Notes: generated by a model not told the origin, from the letters alone. A DNA stretch of 32,793 nt from Alphaproteobacteria bacterium (GCA_049607365.1 JBMYWL010000001.1:4188-36980), one strand, 5' to 3'; counted from the stretch's first letter, positions 18,901 through 26,388 are shown. Numbers and translations: made by a program.

Positions 18901-20572
18901 GTGTCGTGAGATCGAAATTAAAATGGCGCAGGGTGCAAAACCCGGCGAAGGCGGACAACTACCTGGTTTCAAGGTAACAAAACTAATTGCTGAGCTTCGC
19001 CATTCAACCCCTGGCGTCATGCTTATTAGCCCACCACCTCACCATGATATTTATTCAATCGAGGATTTGGCACAGCTGATTTATGACCTAAAGCAAATCA
19101 ACCCAGATTGCCGTGTGTGCGTAAAACTTGTCGCACGAGATGGCATTGGAACAATTGCCGCTGGCGTAGCAAAAGCCAAAGCCGACACCATTCTTGTTTC
19201 TGGTTATTCAGGCGGAACCGGTGCCAGCCCGCAAACATCAATCAAACACGTTGGCTTACCTTGGGAAATGGGCTTGTCAGAGGTTCATCAGGTTCTGACA
19301 ACAAACCGTCTGCGTCACCAAGTTAAATTGCGTACAGATGGCGGACTGCGCACAGGTCGTGACATCGTTATGGCCGCAATGCTGGGCGCTGAGGAATTTG
19401 GCTTGGGCACAGGGGCATTGATCGCCATGGGCTGTATTATGGTTCGCCAATGTCACTCCAACACCTGCCCTGTCGGCGTTTGCGTACAAGACGAAGAGCT
19501 TCGCAAAAAATTTACAGGAACGGCTGACAAGGTCGTGAACCTGTTCTCTTTCGTTGCTGAGGAAGTACGCGAAATTTTGGCATCATTGGGATTCTCATGT
19601 CTAGAAGACGTTGTGGGTCGTACCGATCTGTTATCGCAGGTTAGTCGCGGTGCAGCAAATCTGGATGATCTTGATTTAAACGCCATTCTTGCCAAAGCTG
19701 ACTCAGGCGGACTCCCGACTACATGTCAGGTTAAAGGCCGTAACGAAGTGCCTGAAACTTTGGATGCTGACATCATCAAAGATGCGGCTGCATTGTTTGA
19801 GCGTGGCGAAAAAATGCAGTTGGCATACACGGTTCGTAACACGCATCGTTCGGTTGGTTCAAAACTCAGTTCCAAAATGGTACGTCAGTTTGGACGAGAC
19901 GGTTTAAAGCCTGGTCACATTAAAATTCAAATGCGTGGCTCTGCTGGACAATCTCTTGGCGCCTTTGGTGTCCAAGGTTTGAAGCTCGTGGTGGTTGGTG
20001 ACGCCAACGACTACGTCGGCAAAGGCCTTTCCGGTGCGACCATCGTTGTACGCCCGCTTTCGACTTCAAAGCTTACTACGAACGATAATACAATCATCGG
20101 TAACACCGTGTTGTATGGTGCAACATCTGGAAAATTATTCGCAGCCGGACAAGCGGGCGAGCGCTTCTGTGTTCGTAATTCAGGTGCCCAAGTGGTGGTT
20201 GAAGGCTGTGGTTCAAACGGTTGTGAATACATGACGGGCGGTACAACTGTTATCCTTGGAAGTGTCGGGGAAAACTTTGGTGCGGGCATGTCAGGCGGTA
20301 TTGCATACGTTTACGATCGTGATGGCTTATTCGATCAACGTGCAAATGAAGAAACAATCATTTGGCAAAATGTGGTTATGCCACACTACCAAAACCAGCT
20401 AAAATCGTTGATAGAAGAACACGTAGCTGAAACAGGCTCACAACACGCCAAACAACTGTTAGATGACTGGAAAACACAACTTTCCTACTTCAAACAGATT
20501 GTTCCGAAGGAAATGTTAACCCGTTTGGAACATCCAGTTAATGATACAACGGACGGCAAAAAAACTGCATAA
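15983..20572 (+). CDS. gltB: glutamate synthase (NADPH) large subunit
   Basis: 1529 aa. A propeptide is followed by the catalytic Cys (HDACGVGLIV) of the Ntn amidotransferase domain. It also has central and FMN domains (GEGGE..., ISPPPHHDIYSIEDL, CHSNTCPVGV) and a C-terminal GXGXG domain (GDANDYVGKGLSGA...). GGAG lies 7 nt upstream of the ATG. Confidence 0.95.
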   Translation: MSENKFDHVAYRQQWQANQELLNNAGINTKEHDACGVGLIVDLNNTARRDVVTRAIEALKAVWHRGAVDADGKTGDGAGIRLGIPQSFFREHVERTGHKVPENANIAVGMVFLPRTDGAAQELCRTIVEREIIRAGLKIYGWRQVPTDQTELGEKANATRPEIEQIMIEVGQNQDPHDFERRLYVIRRRIEKAVNQENIGDFYICSLSNHSVIYKGMFLAEHIDSFYIDLKDPRFQSTFALYHQRYSTNTFPTWKLAQPFRVLAHNGEINTIKGNENWMACHETRMGADIFSDDEMDAIKPVIQKGNSDSASLDGAAELLTMSGRNLPFTKSMLVPEAWAHNKLMPQAHKDMYAYCNSVMEPWDGPAALCAVAGDWAVAGLDRNGLRPIRYAITGDGMLIAGSETGMVRVDEAEIKLKGRVGPGQMIAVNITEGKFYTDNEIKDELSATLPFGKWVGDITHLDDMLADASGDANSFENQYDAKGLRTKQLEYAQSVEDLELILQPMIETGKEALGSMGDDTPMAVISESYRGLHHYFRQGFSQVTNPPIDSLREWKVMSLSTRLGNLRNVLEDSKDQCDILQLESPVLTNNDLAVARKFMGKTAFEIDCTFEVADSKNTVSGITLQKALDRIRMEAEQAVRRGCLHIILSDMNTSADRAAIPMILATGAVHSHLMSSGLRTYTSLCVRSGECLDTQFFAVLVGVGATTVNAYLAEENIIDRHRKGLFDDLSLAQSIANYKESINQGLLKIMSKMGIGVIASYRGGYNFEAVGLSRTLVNEFFPGVPSRISGIGLAGLEAQSLKVHARAHAEDYAALPIGGLYRYRKGGEQHAWEAGIMHTLQAATESGSYSVYKKYSDAVGKLPPTYLRDLLDFKSAGQSSSGEQGLDIDEVESITEIRKRFITPGMSLGALSPEAHGTLNVAMNRIGAKSVSGEGGEIRSRYTPDENGDNANSAIKQIASGRFGVTAEYLNQCREIEIKMAQGAKPGEGGQLPGFKVTKLIAELRHSTPGVMLISPPPHHDIYSIEDLAQLIYDLKQINPDCRVCVKLVARDGIGTIAAGVAKAKADTILVSGYSGGTGASPQTSIKHVGLPWEMGLSEVHQVLTTNRLRHQVKLRTDGGLRTGRDIVMAAMLGAEEFGLGTGALIAMGCIMVRQCHSNTCPVGVCVQDEELRKKFTGTADKVVNLFSFVAEEVREILASLGFSCLEDVVGRTDLLSQVSRGAANLDDLDLNAILAKADSGGLPTTCQVKGRNEVPETLDADIIKDAAALFERGEKMQLAYTVRNTHRSVGSKLSSKMVRQFGRDGLKPGHIKIQMRGSAGQSLGAFGVQGLKLVVVGDANDYVGKGLSGATIVVRPLSTSKLTTNDNTIIGNTVLYGATSGKLFAAGQAGERFCVRNSGAQVVVEGCGSNGCEYMTGGTTVILGSVGENFGAGMSGGIAYVYDRDGLFDQRANEETIIWQNVVMPHYQNQLKSLIEEHVAETGSQHAKQLLDDWKTQLSYFKQIVPKEMLTRLEHPVNDTTDGKKTA

Positions 20573-20605
20573 GTTGTAAATTTCACAAAAGAACAGTTAG
20601 AGAAG

Positions 20606-20637
20606 TGCCTTTTTCGAAAATTATTACGTCGAAAAGG
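20606..20637 (+). terminator. hairpin downstream of gltB with no U-tract; weak terminator candidate
   Basis: GCCTTTT(T)CGA ... TCGAAAAGGC forms a 10-bp stem with one bulged T and an 11-nt loop. The downstream sequence CTTCTCGG lacks a T-run. Confidence 0.3.
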
Positions 20638-20741
20638 CCTTCTCGGACTTGCCTTATTCGGCATTCCCCAATATTCATATTAACTTAGCAATTTAATTCG
20701 CGCTTTCGAGTGAGGCATTTTCCGATAAAATTGCACAAACA

Positions 20742-20751
20742 GTAAATTTAC
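20742..20751. promoter_or_regulatory. perfect 10-bp palindrome GTAAATTTAC, 20 nt upstream of the LysR-type gene
   Basis: Read directly from the sequence. It contains the AAATTTAC 8-mer on both strands. A further GTAAATTT copy lies at 20576-20583, just after the gltB stop. Confidence 0.35.
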
Positions 20752-20770
20752 AGATTCTAAGGTCGCATTT

Positions 20771-21676
20771 ATGGCTCTCGATTGGGACAAACTCCGCATT
20801 TTTCACGCTGTTGCAGAAGCAGGCAGTTTCACACACGCGGGTGAAGAACTTCACCTAAGTCAGTCCGCTGTCAGCCGACAAATTTCGGCGTTGGAAGATT
20901 CAATAGAAGTTCCTTTGTTTCACCGTCACGCACGTGGTTTGATTTTGACCGAGCAAGGCGATCTTCTGTACAAAACAGCGCACGAAGTTTTCGCCAAACT
21001 AACCATGACAGAAGCATTGCTTCGCGAGTCCAAAGAGCGTCCTTCCGGTGATCTGCGCGTAACAGCAACAGTTGCCCTTGGTTCGACTTGGTTGGCGCCA
21101 TTGATGAGTGAATTCGCATCTCATTTCCCGGAAATTGAACTACACCTTATTCTGGATGATCGCGAACTTGACCTTTCAATGCGTCAAGCTGACGTGGCAA
21201 TTCGTTTGAACCCACCGCGTCAACAAGACCTTATTCAGCGTTCGTTGTTCAAGGTGCACACACACATTTACGCGTCTGCGAATTATTTGTCACAGAATGG
21301 TCTGCCACATACATTGGAAGACTTGGACAATCACCGCTTGATCGTGTTCGGTGATGACTCTCACCCACCTGTCCCGGGTTTGGACTGGATTTTGACAGCC
21401 GGCATGCCAAAAGGCCAAAAACGTAAACCGGGAATGATCGTAAACAACATCACCTCTCAGCGCAGCATCATTGAAGCTGACGGTGGTTTGGCTGCTCTTC
21501 CTGATTACGTTGCCGACGGAACGGATTTGGTTCGCGTACTGCCAGAAGCTGAAGGCGCTGTCATCACAGCATACTTCGTTTACCCCGAAGAAATGCGTTC
21601 GACAAAACGAATCAAAGTACTGCGTGACTTCCTTGTTAAGAAAGTTGCTGCTTCTACGTTTGATCGTAATTCTTAA
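20771..21676 (+). CDS. LysR-family transcriptional regulator
   Basis: 301 aa. The N-terminal winged HTH (FHAVAEAGSFTHAGEELHLSQSAVSRQISALE) and a C-terminal substrate-binding-like domain are present. AAGG lies upstream of the ATG. Confidence 0.88.
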   Translation: MALDWDKLRIFHAVAEAGSFTHAGEELHLSQSAVSRQISALEDSIEVPLFHRHARGLILTEQGDLLYKTAHEVFAKLTMTEALLRESKERPSGDLRVTATVALGSTWLAPLMSEFASHFPEIELHLILDDRELDLSMRQADVAIRLNPPRQQDLIQRSLFKVHTHIYASANYLSQNGLPHTLEDLDNHRLIVFGDDSHPPVPGLDWILTAGMPKGQKRKPGMIVNNITSQRSIIEADGGLAALPDYVADGTDLVRVLPEAEGAVITAYFVYPEEMRSTKRIKVLRDFLVKKVAASTFDRNS

Positions 21677-21692
21677 AGACTATTTTGATTAG

Positions 21693-22763
21693 GTGATTAA
21701 TACGCCTCATCATGCTGATAACCCAATTCAGTACAAATCTGTAACCCTGTGGTTGCTCTCCGTTTGCGCAATGATTTTTGTCATGGCGCTTATAGGGGCA
21801 ATCACGCGGCTTACAGAATCTGGTTTATCGATTATGGAGTGGGCCCCTTTTAGAGGTACCTTACCACCATTCTCTGAAACCGAATGGGTTCGGTTGTTTG
21901 GCCTGTACCAAGCCACAGACGAGTTCAAAGTCGACAATTTCACAATGGATTTGGCTGGTTTCAAGTCAATCTTTTGGTGGGAGTGGATCCACAGATTTTG
22001 GGGTCGTGCTATGGGCCTCTATTTCGGCTTGGGGCTCATCTTTTTTTGGGTACGTCGCGGGCTTCCAGGTTGGCTGAAACCACATTTACTTTTCGCACTT
22101 GTTTTGGGTGGTCTGCAAGGAACCGTCGGTTGGTTCATGGTCGCAAGCGGTTTTGATGATGGCTTAACCGATGTTAGCCACTTTCGATTAGCAGCGCATT
22201 TGGCATTCGCACTCATTCTATACACCTACCTGTTTGTGTTGGCGCTCAAACTTGGGTGGCCACGAAAAGGTGCACACATATCCCCGCCCTACATTCGAAC
22301 TTTATCTTGGATCGGTTTAACCTGTCTGATTATAACCCTGTTTTCAGGTGCCTTGGTTGCAGGTTTAAATGCAGGTTTAATCTACGCAGAATGGCCACTA
22401 ATGGGTGGCGATTTAGTTCCGTTTGACTATTTTCTGACTGATACAGCCAGTTGGGTACAAACTGCCTTAAACCATGACACAGCGGTACAGTTTAATCACC
22501 GTTGGTTTGCGGTTGCGTTTGGCATTTATACTCTTTGTATTGCTATAATGGTCATTAGAAATTGTCGATCAATGGCATCTGCGAAATTTTGGTCAGCGCT
22601 TCTAATTTTCATTGTGATTTTTCAGGTTCTATTGGGAATAAGCACTCTGGTTTTAAGTGTGCCCACCATGCTTGGTGCAGCCCACCAAGGTGGGGCGATC
22701 ACACTTCTGACCGCCTATGTTGCAACAATCTATTTTCTTAGGCGCCAAGCGTATAAAATCTAA
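21693..22763 (+). CDS. ctaA: heme A synthase (COX15/CtaA)
   Basis: 356 aa with about 8 hydrophobic helices. It has RLTESGLSI near the N-terminus and conserved His-containing segments (WIHRFWGR, HLAFAL, NHRWFA, AHQGGA). GTG start at 21693, only 16 nt after the LysR stop. The exact start is uncertain. Confidence 0.85.
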   Translation: MINTPHHADNPIQYKSVTLWLLSVCAMIFVMALIGAITRLTESGLSIMEWAPFRGTLPPFSETEWVRLFGLYQATDEFKVDNFTMDLAGFKSIFWWEWIHRFWGRAMGLYFGLGLIFFWVRRGLPGWLKPHLLFALVLGGLQGTVGWFMVASGFDDGLTDVSHFRLAAHLAFALILYTYLFVLALKLGWPRKGAHISPPYIRTLSWIGLTCLIITLFSGALVAGLNAGLIYAEWPLMGGDLVPFDYFLTDTASWVQTALNHDTAVQFNHRWFAVAFGIYTLCIAIMVIRNCRSMASAKFWSALLIFIVIFQVLLGISTLVLSVPTMLGAAHQGGAITLLTAYVATIYFLRRQAYKI

Positions 22764-23146
22764 TCGTTGCAAAGCCGCAACGAACCCGGTTCCAGCGAAT
22801 CCTTTTCGCACACGTGAATATGCAAATTGCAATTCCTCGCCCTATTCCAGACAGGTTCGTGTCGCTTTTTCACACATAATACCCCTATATATTGGGGTTT
22901 AGACAAATCAATCTACAAGAGCGCGGGAAAGTCACTGGCATTTTGCCGAAAAGATTGTTACCCAAAACATAGCTTTTGCTTGGACCTTTGGAAGAGGACC
23001 TAGGTTAAAACCCGGGGTAAAAGATTTTGGGATTATAAAGAGCAAAAAGAAGAAGTCTGACGGGGCACTACTTTTTGATCTCTTTTTTGTTAGACCAGCC
23101 AGCGTTCTTCGCACTGGTCTTAATTTGTTAAGGGAAGCCATTCAAA

Positions 23147-23803
23147 ATGCGCAACATTTTAAAAATATCAGCAGCACTAGTAGCGACAGTAGCTCTGTCT
23201 GCTTGTGTAGCTCCGGTTCAGTATCAATCTCTCGATACAGTTGATACGACTGCAGTAAACACTGTGAACACAACAATCGCCCAGCCGCAAGTTGTGACAA
23301 CCAGCACAGTTGCCACGGTTCCTTACGAGAACTTCGTTATTCGTGGCACCAGTTTCGCGCTTGATTCTGATCGTTTGCTATCAAGTGGTCGTTTCCAGCT
23401 AGATGACGTTGCCAACACAATGTTGAGCACCGGTGGTAGCTTTAACGTTACTGGCTACGCTTCAACTGAAGGTGACAACAATTATAACCTAGGATTGTCA
23501 GAGCGACGCGCGCGTGCGGTTGCTGCTTACCTGACTGGTCGTGGTGTACCATCAAGCAGCTTGATTTCTACAGGCGCAGGCGAGACAACCCAGTTTGGTT
23601 CTGACCTAGCATCAAACCGTCGTGTTGAAATTTCTCAACTGAGCACTGGTTCACTTGGTGGAACTGTAATTAGTTCGACTCCAATCATCGGATCACCTGT
23701 TGTGAACAGCGTGCCTTACTATCAAGGTACACCGATTGTTGGTTCACCTGTTGTAAACAACACGCCTTACTATCAGGGCACCCCGATTGTTGTAACACAA
23801 TAA
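23147..23803 (+). CDS. OmpA_C-like (peptidoglycan-binding) lipoprotein with C-terminal tandem repeats
   Basis: 218 aa. It has a lipobox (VALSAC), a Thr/Val-rich linker, and the OmpA-like core NYNLGLSERRARAVAAYL...NRRVEI. The C-terminus carries two 17-aa repeats. AAGGGA SD. Confidence 0.85.
   Translation: MRNILKISAALVATVALSACVAPVQYQSLDTVDTTAVNTVNTTIAQPQVVTTSTVATVPYENFVIRGTSFALDSDRLLSSGRFQLDDVANTMLSTGGSFNVTGYASTEGDNNYNLGLSERRARAVAAYLTGRGVPSSSLISTGAGETTQFGSDLASNRRVEISQLSTGSLGGTVISSTPIIGSPVVNSVPYYQGTPIVGSPVVNNTPYYQGTPIVVTQ
23690..23791 (+). repeat. 2 x 51-nt in-frame tandem repeat inside the OmpA-like gene
   Basis: Units at 23690-23740 and 23741-23791 encode GSPVVNSVPYYQGTPIV and GSPVVNNTPYYQGTPIV. 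They differ at a handful of mostly synonymous positions. A partial TPII copy precedes them. Confidence 0.9.
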
Positions 23804-23827
23804 AACCTACTACATTATTCCAAATTG

Positions 23828-23859
23828 GGCCGGAACCTTTCAGGGTTTCGGCCTTTTTT
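23828..23859 (+). terminator. intrinsic terminator after the OmpA-like gene
   Basis: A 10-bp stem (GGCCGGAACC / GGTTTCGGCC, including one G-U pair) has a 6-nt loop and is followed by TTTTTT. Confidence 0.8.
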
Positions 23860-24070
23860 ATGGGTTCAACTTTTCGAAGACCAGCTGATCAGTGACAGCC
23901 TTTGACTCTGAGCCAACAACTGAATATACGAACCTTACTCTTGGGAACGCAGGTGGGCATAGACCATCTCGCTGAGCGTAGATGTTTCAACATCTCAATC
24001 TCAGACTACCGGGACAACATATGACTTGATGCAGACTGCATTAAGCAAAGCAACAAAAAGGAGCACGCAA

Positions 24071-24688
24071 ATGGGTAAACGTCTTGCGTCCAAATATAAA
24101 ATTGATCGCCGCTTAGGCGAAAACCTTTGGGGTCGCCCAAAGTCACCAGTAAACAAGCGTTCATATGGCCCAGGTCAGCACGGTGCATCTCGTCGTAAAA
24201 AACCAACTGATTTCGGTATTCAGTTGATGGCCAAGCAGAAGCTTAAAGGTTATTACGGCAACATCGGTGAAAAACAGTTCCGTCGCTATTATCAGGAAGC
24301 TTCACGTCGTCGCGGTGACGCAGGCGAGAACCTGATTGAAGTACTAGAGCGTCGTTTGGATGCTGTTGTATACCGCGCTAAATTCGTACCAACTGTATTT
24401 GCTGCACGTCAGTTCGTAAACCACGGCCACGTGTTGGTTAACGGTAAGCGCGTTAACATTCCATCTTACATGGTTTCTGATGGTGACGTTATTGAAGTTC
24501 GTGAAAAGAGCCGTGATCTAGCAATGGTTCTAGAAGCTCTTGCTTCTCCAGAGCGTGACGCGCCAGACTACGTAGAAGTAGACGTGAAAAAACTGTCAGC
24601 AACATTCTTGCGTGGCCCAGGTTTGGAAGATGTTCCTTACCCAGTTAAAATGGAGCCAAACTTGGTTGTGGAATTTTATTCTCGCTAA
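24071..24688 (+). CDS. rpsD: 30S ribosomal protein S4
   Basis: The start is set at ATG 24071 ([26 protein letters not shown]...), preceded by AAGGAG. The ORF-track extension to 24026 looks spurious. 205 aa, with an S4 domain ([14 protein letters not shown]...[22 protein letters not shown]). Confidence 0.95.
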   Translation: MGKRLASKYKIDRRLGENLWGRPKSPVNKRSYGPGQHGASRRKKPTDFGIQLMAKQKLKGYYGNIGEKQFRRYYQEASRRRGDAGENLIEVLERRLDAVVYRAKFVPTVFAARQFVNHGHVLVNGKRVNIPSYMVSDGDVIEVREKSRDLAMVLEALASPERDAPDYVEVDVKKLSATFLRGPGLEDVPYPVKMEPNLVVEFYSR

Positions 24689-24714
24689 ACCAAGCTTACA
24701 ATCCAACAGAACAC

Positions 24715-24750
24715 AAAAAAGGGCGGTACCAAATTGGCACCGCCCTTTTT
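24715..24750. terminator. bidirectional intrinsic terminator between convergent rpsD and bactofilin genes
   Basis: GGGCGGTACCA-aat-TGGCACCGCCC forms an 11-position stem with one mismatch. It is flanked by AAAAAA upstream and TTTTT downstream. Confidence 0.8.
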
Positions 24751-24779
24751 ATTTGTCTAAGGTCTATAACCCCGAAAAC

Positions 24780-25589
24780 TTATTTGGATCTATTAGCGCG
24801 AGGCGAGCTTGTAGATTCTTTTTCAGCTTTTTCACCAAACTGTGTCATGGATCCGCGAACACGTCCGCCGCGTTCAATTTCCAATTCACCAAATTCAATG
24901 TTACCGTTCACAATTCCAGATGAACGAACAAACACATGTCCTTCAACGATAAGATCACCCTCGACCAAACCTGAAATCTCAGCAGTTTCAACAGGTGCCG
25001 TACCACGGAAAATTCCGTCAGCAGTGACTTCCAACGATCTCGTGTTAACAAGCACCGCCTCGACCGTACCTTCAACAACCAACAAATCGCAATTCTTAAC
25101 CTCGCCCTTAAGCTCGATGTCTTTACCAACAATTAGTCTGCCCAAATCAGATCCTTGATCAGACGGGGTTAGTCTTGAAGAGGAGGCTGTTGGATAAGCG
25201 CCCGCAGAACTCTGGTGCGGAGAGTAGAGATCACCTGTGTGAGGCATGGTAGAAGGTTCAGGCATCTTTCTGTGTGCAGCCTCTGTGTCATCAACCATTG
25301 TTGGCGCAGGGCGCGGAACAGGTTGCGCTGCTGACAAACCAGGTTGTGGCGGCTCTGGTGGTCGTGGAGAGGTTCCAGCCATTGGTGCCGACGCTTGTGG
25401 TGGCATCGCGCCTGGAATATGAGGAGCTACTGGCTTCTGTGGAATCCGACTAGGAGCTGGCGCTGCTGGAGCAGGCGGCTCACTTACGTTGGTCGCTGCA
25501 TCTGAACTTGGAGCAGCAGTTTCTTTAGATAGTTCGTTCTCTTTTGATTCGTTTGGTGGTGTGCTTCCACCGCTTTTTCTTGTAAACAT
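24780..25589 (-). CDS. bactofilin with a long proline-rich N-terminal region
   Basis: 269 aa. The C-terminal ~100 aa form a bactofilin (DUF583) beta-helix repeat pattern (IVGKDIELKGEVKNCDLLVVEGTVEA...GDLIVEGHVFVRSSGIVNGNIEFGELEIERGGRVRG). The N-terminus MFTRKSGG resembles the short bactofilin membrane-targeting tail. Residues ~10-155 are P/A/S-rich and low complexity. Confidence 0.85.
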   Translation of the reverse strand: MFTRKSGGSTPPNESKENELSKETAAPSSDAATNVSEPPAPAAPAPSRIPQKPVAPHIPGAMPPQASAPMAGTSPRPPEPPQPGLSAAQPVPRPAPTMVDDTEAAHRKMPEPSTMPHTGDLYSPHQSSAGAYPTASSSRLTPSDQGSDLGRLIVGKDIELKGEVKNCDLLVVEGTVEAVLVNTRSLEVTADGIFRGTAPVETAEISGLVEGDLIVEGHVFVRSSGIVNGNIEFGELEIERGGRVRGSMTQFGEKAEKESTSSPRANRSK

Positions 25590-25602
25590 TAAACTGCCTT
25601 AT

Positions 25603-25618
25603 ACCATTTCCAAATGGT
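25603..25618. promoter_or_regulatory. inverted repeat ACCATTT-cc-AAATGGT upstream of the bactofilin start
   Basis: 7-bp arms with a 2-nt centre lie 14-29 nt upstream of the bactofilin ATG on the minus strand, next to its AAGG SD. It could be an operator or a 5'-UTR hairpin. Confidence 0.3.
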
Positions 25619-26127
25619 GAATATAAAAGTGGCTCCATTGTCAGTCCGCGTCAGAAATTCGCGGGCCTACATATGTACACCAAGAATTTATGGCCAAACC
25701 AATCCAAAACCTACCGGATCAATTTTAAGAAACAGCTCTTTTCCTGTTTCACACCAATTTTCAACCTATAAACCATTATTTACAACGCCTTGTCAAAACC
25801 AAGGCGATGATGCACCAACAAAGAAGAATCCACACGCTTCAGATTGATATATAAAGTCTAAACGAATTTAAAATCTGCGGTAAAAACCTACAATTCCAGA
25901 ATCCCGCCTTCACAAACGCTTGAAAAACCAAGTAATGGGCATATTCTTCTCCTGTCGCGGCAAAAGCATAGCCGCCATTGTGAATACGCCTTCTGTATTG
26001 TTGCCTAAGACCTTGACTCATGTGGGCTAAAACCACTATCTACTTCAATCATTCTGTGACTGGTTGTCATTGCGACAGATACTTTTTTTCCGTCACTTAA
26101 GTACATTAGATTTTTTAGGTTAAGATT

Positions 26128-26388
26128 ATGGCACATTCGCTATCTGCGAAGAAACGCATCCGCACAAACGAAAAACGTCGCGAAATTAATGGCAACCGCA
26201 TGAGCCGTATTCGCACATTCGTTAAAAAGACGGAATCAGCAATTGCTGAAGGTAACAAAGGCGCAGCTGAAGAAGCTTTCAAAAGCGCAATGCCTGAGAT
26301 GCACCGTGGCGTTGTAAAAGGTATTATGCACAAGAACACTGTTGCACGCAAAATCTCTCGTCTTTCAAAGCGCATTAACGCTCTATAA
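26128..26388 (+). CDS. rpsT: 30S ribosomal protein S20
   Basis: 86 aa. [34 protein letters not shown]... is a typical S20 sequence. Confidence 0.95.
   Translation: MAHSLSAKKRIRTNEKRREINGNRMSRIRTFVKKTESAIAEGNKGAAEEAFKSAMPEMHRGVVKGIMHKNTVARKISRLSKRINAL

Noticed and set aside
22932-23141. 69-aa minus-strand ORF upstream of the OmpA-like gene
   Set aside because: Its start overlaps the SD and ATG region of the OmpA-like gene on the opposite strand. It has no SD and an implausible sequence.
24026-24070. N-terminal 15-codon extension of the rpsD ORF in the track
   Set aside because: The canonical S4 N-terminus ([14 protein letters not shown]) begins at ATG 24071 with AAGGAG upstream. The extension starts at a TTG with no SD.
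25826-25834. GAATCCACA resembling a DnaA box near rpsT
   Set aside because: It has two mismatches to TTATCCACA, it is a single copy, and neither dnaA nor an AT-rich unwinding element cluster is adjacent. This is not an origin.
25910-25942. 10-codon minus-strand mini-ORF (MPITWFFKRL) with AGGAG 6 nt upstream
   Set aside because: It is a nice SD-ATG pair, but a single short ORF in AT-rich DNA is expected by chance. Without conservation or ribosome-profiling data I do not call it a gene.
25614-26036. Two ORF-track candidates (77 aa on the plus strand, 65 aa on the minus strand) in the bactofilin-rpsT gap
   Set aside because: Neither has an SD, a signal peptide or a motif. Their composition looks non-coding, and they overlap each other. 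I treat the region as non-coding (see the finding for this gap).
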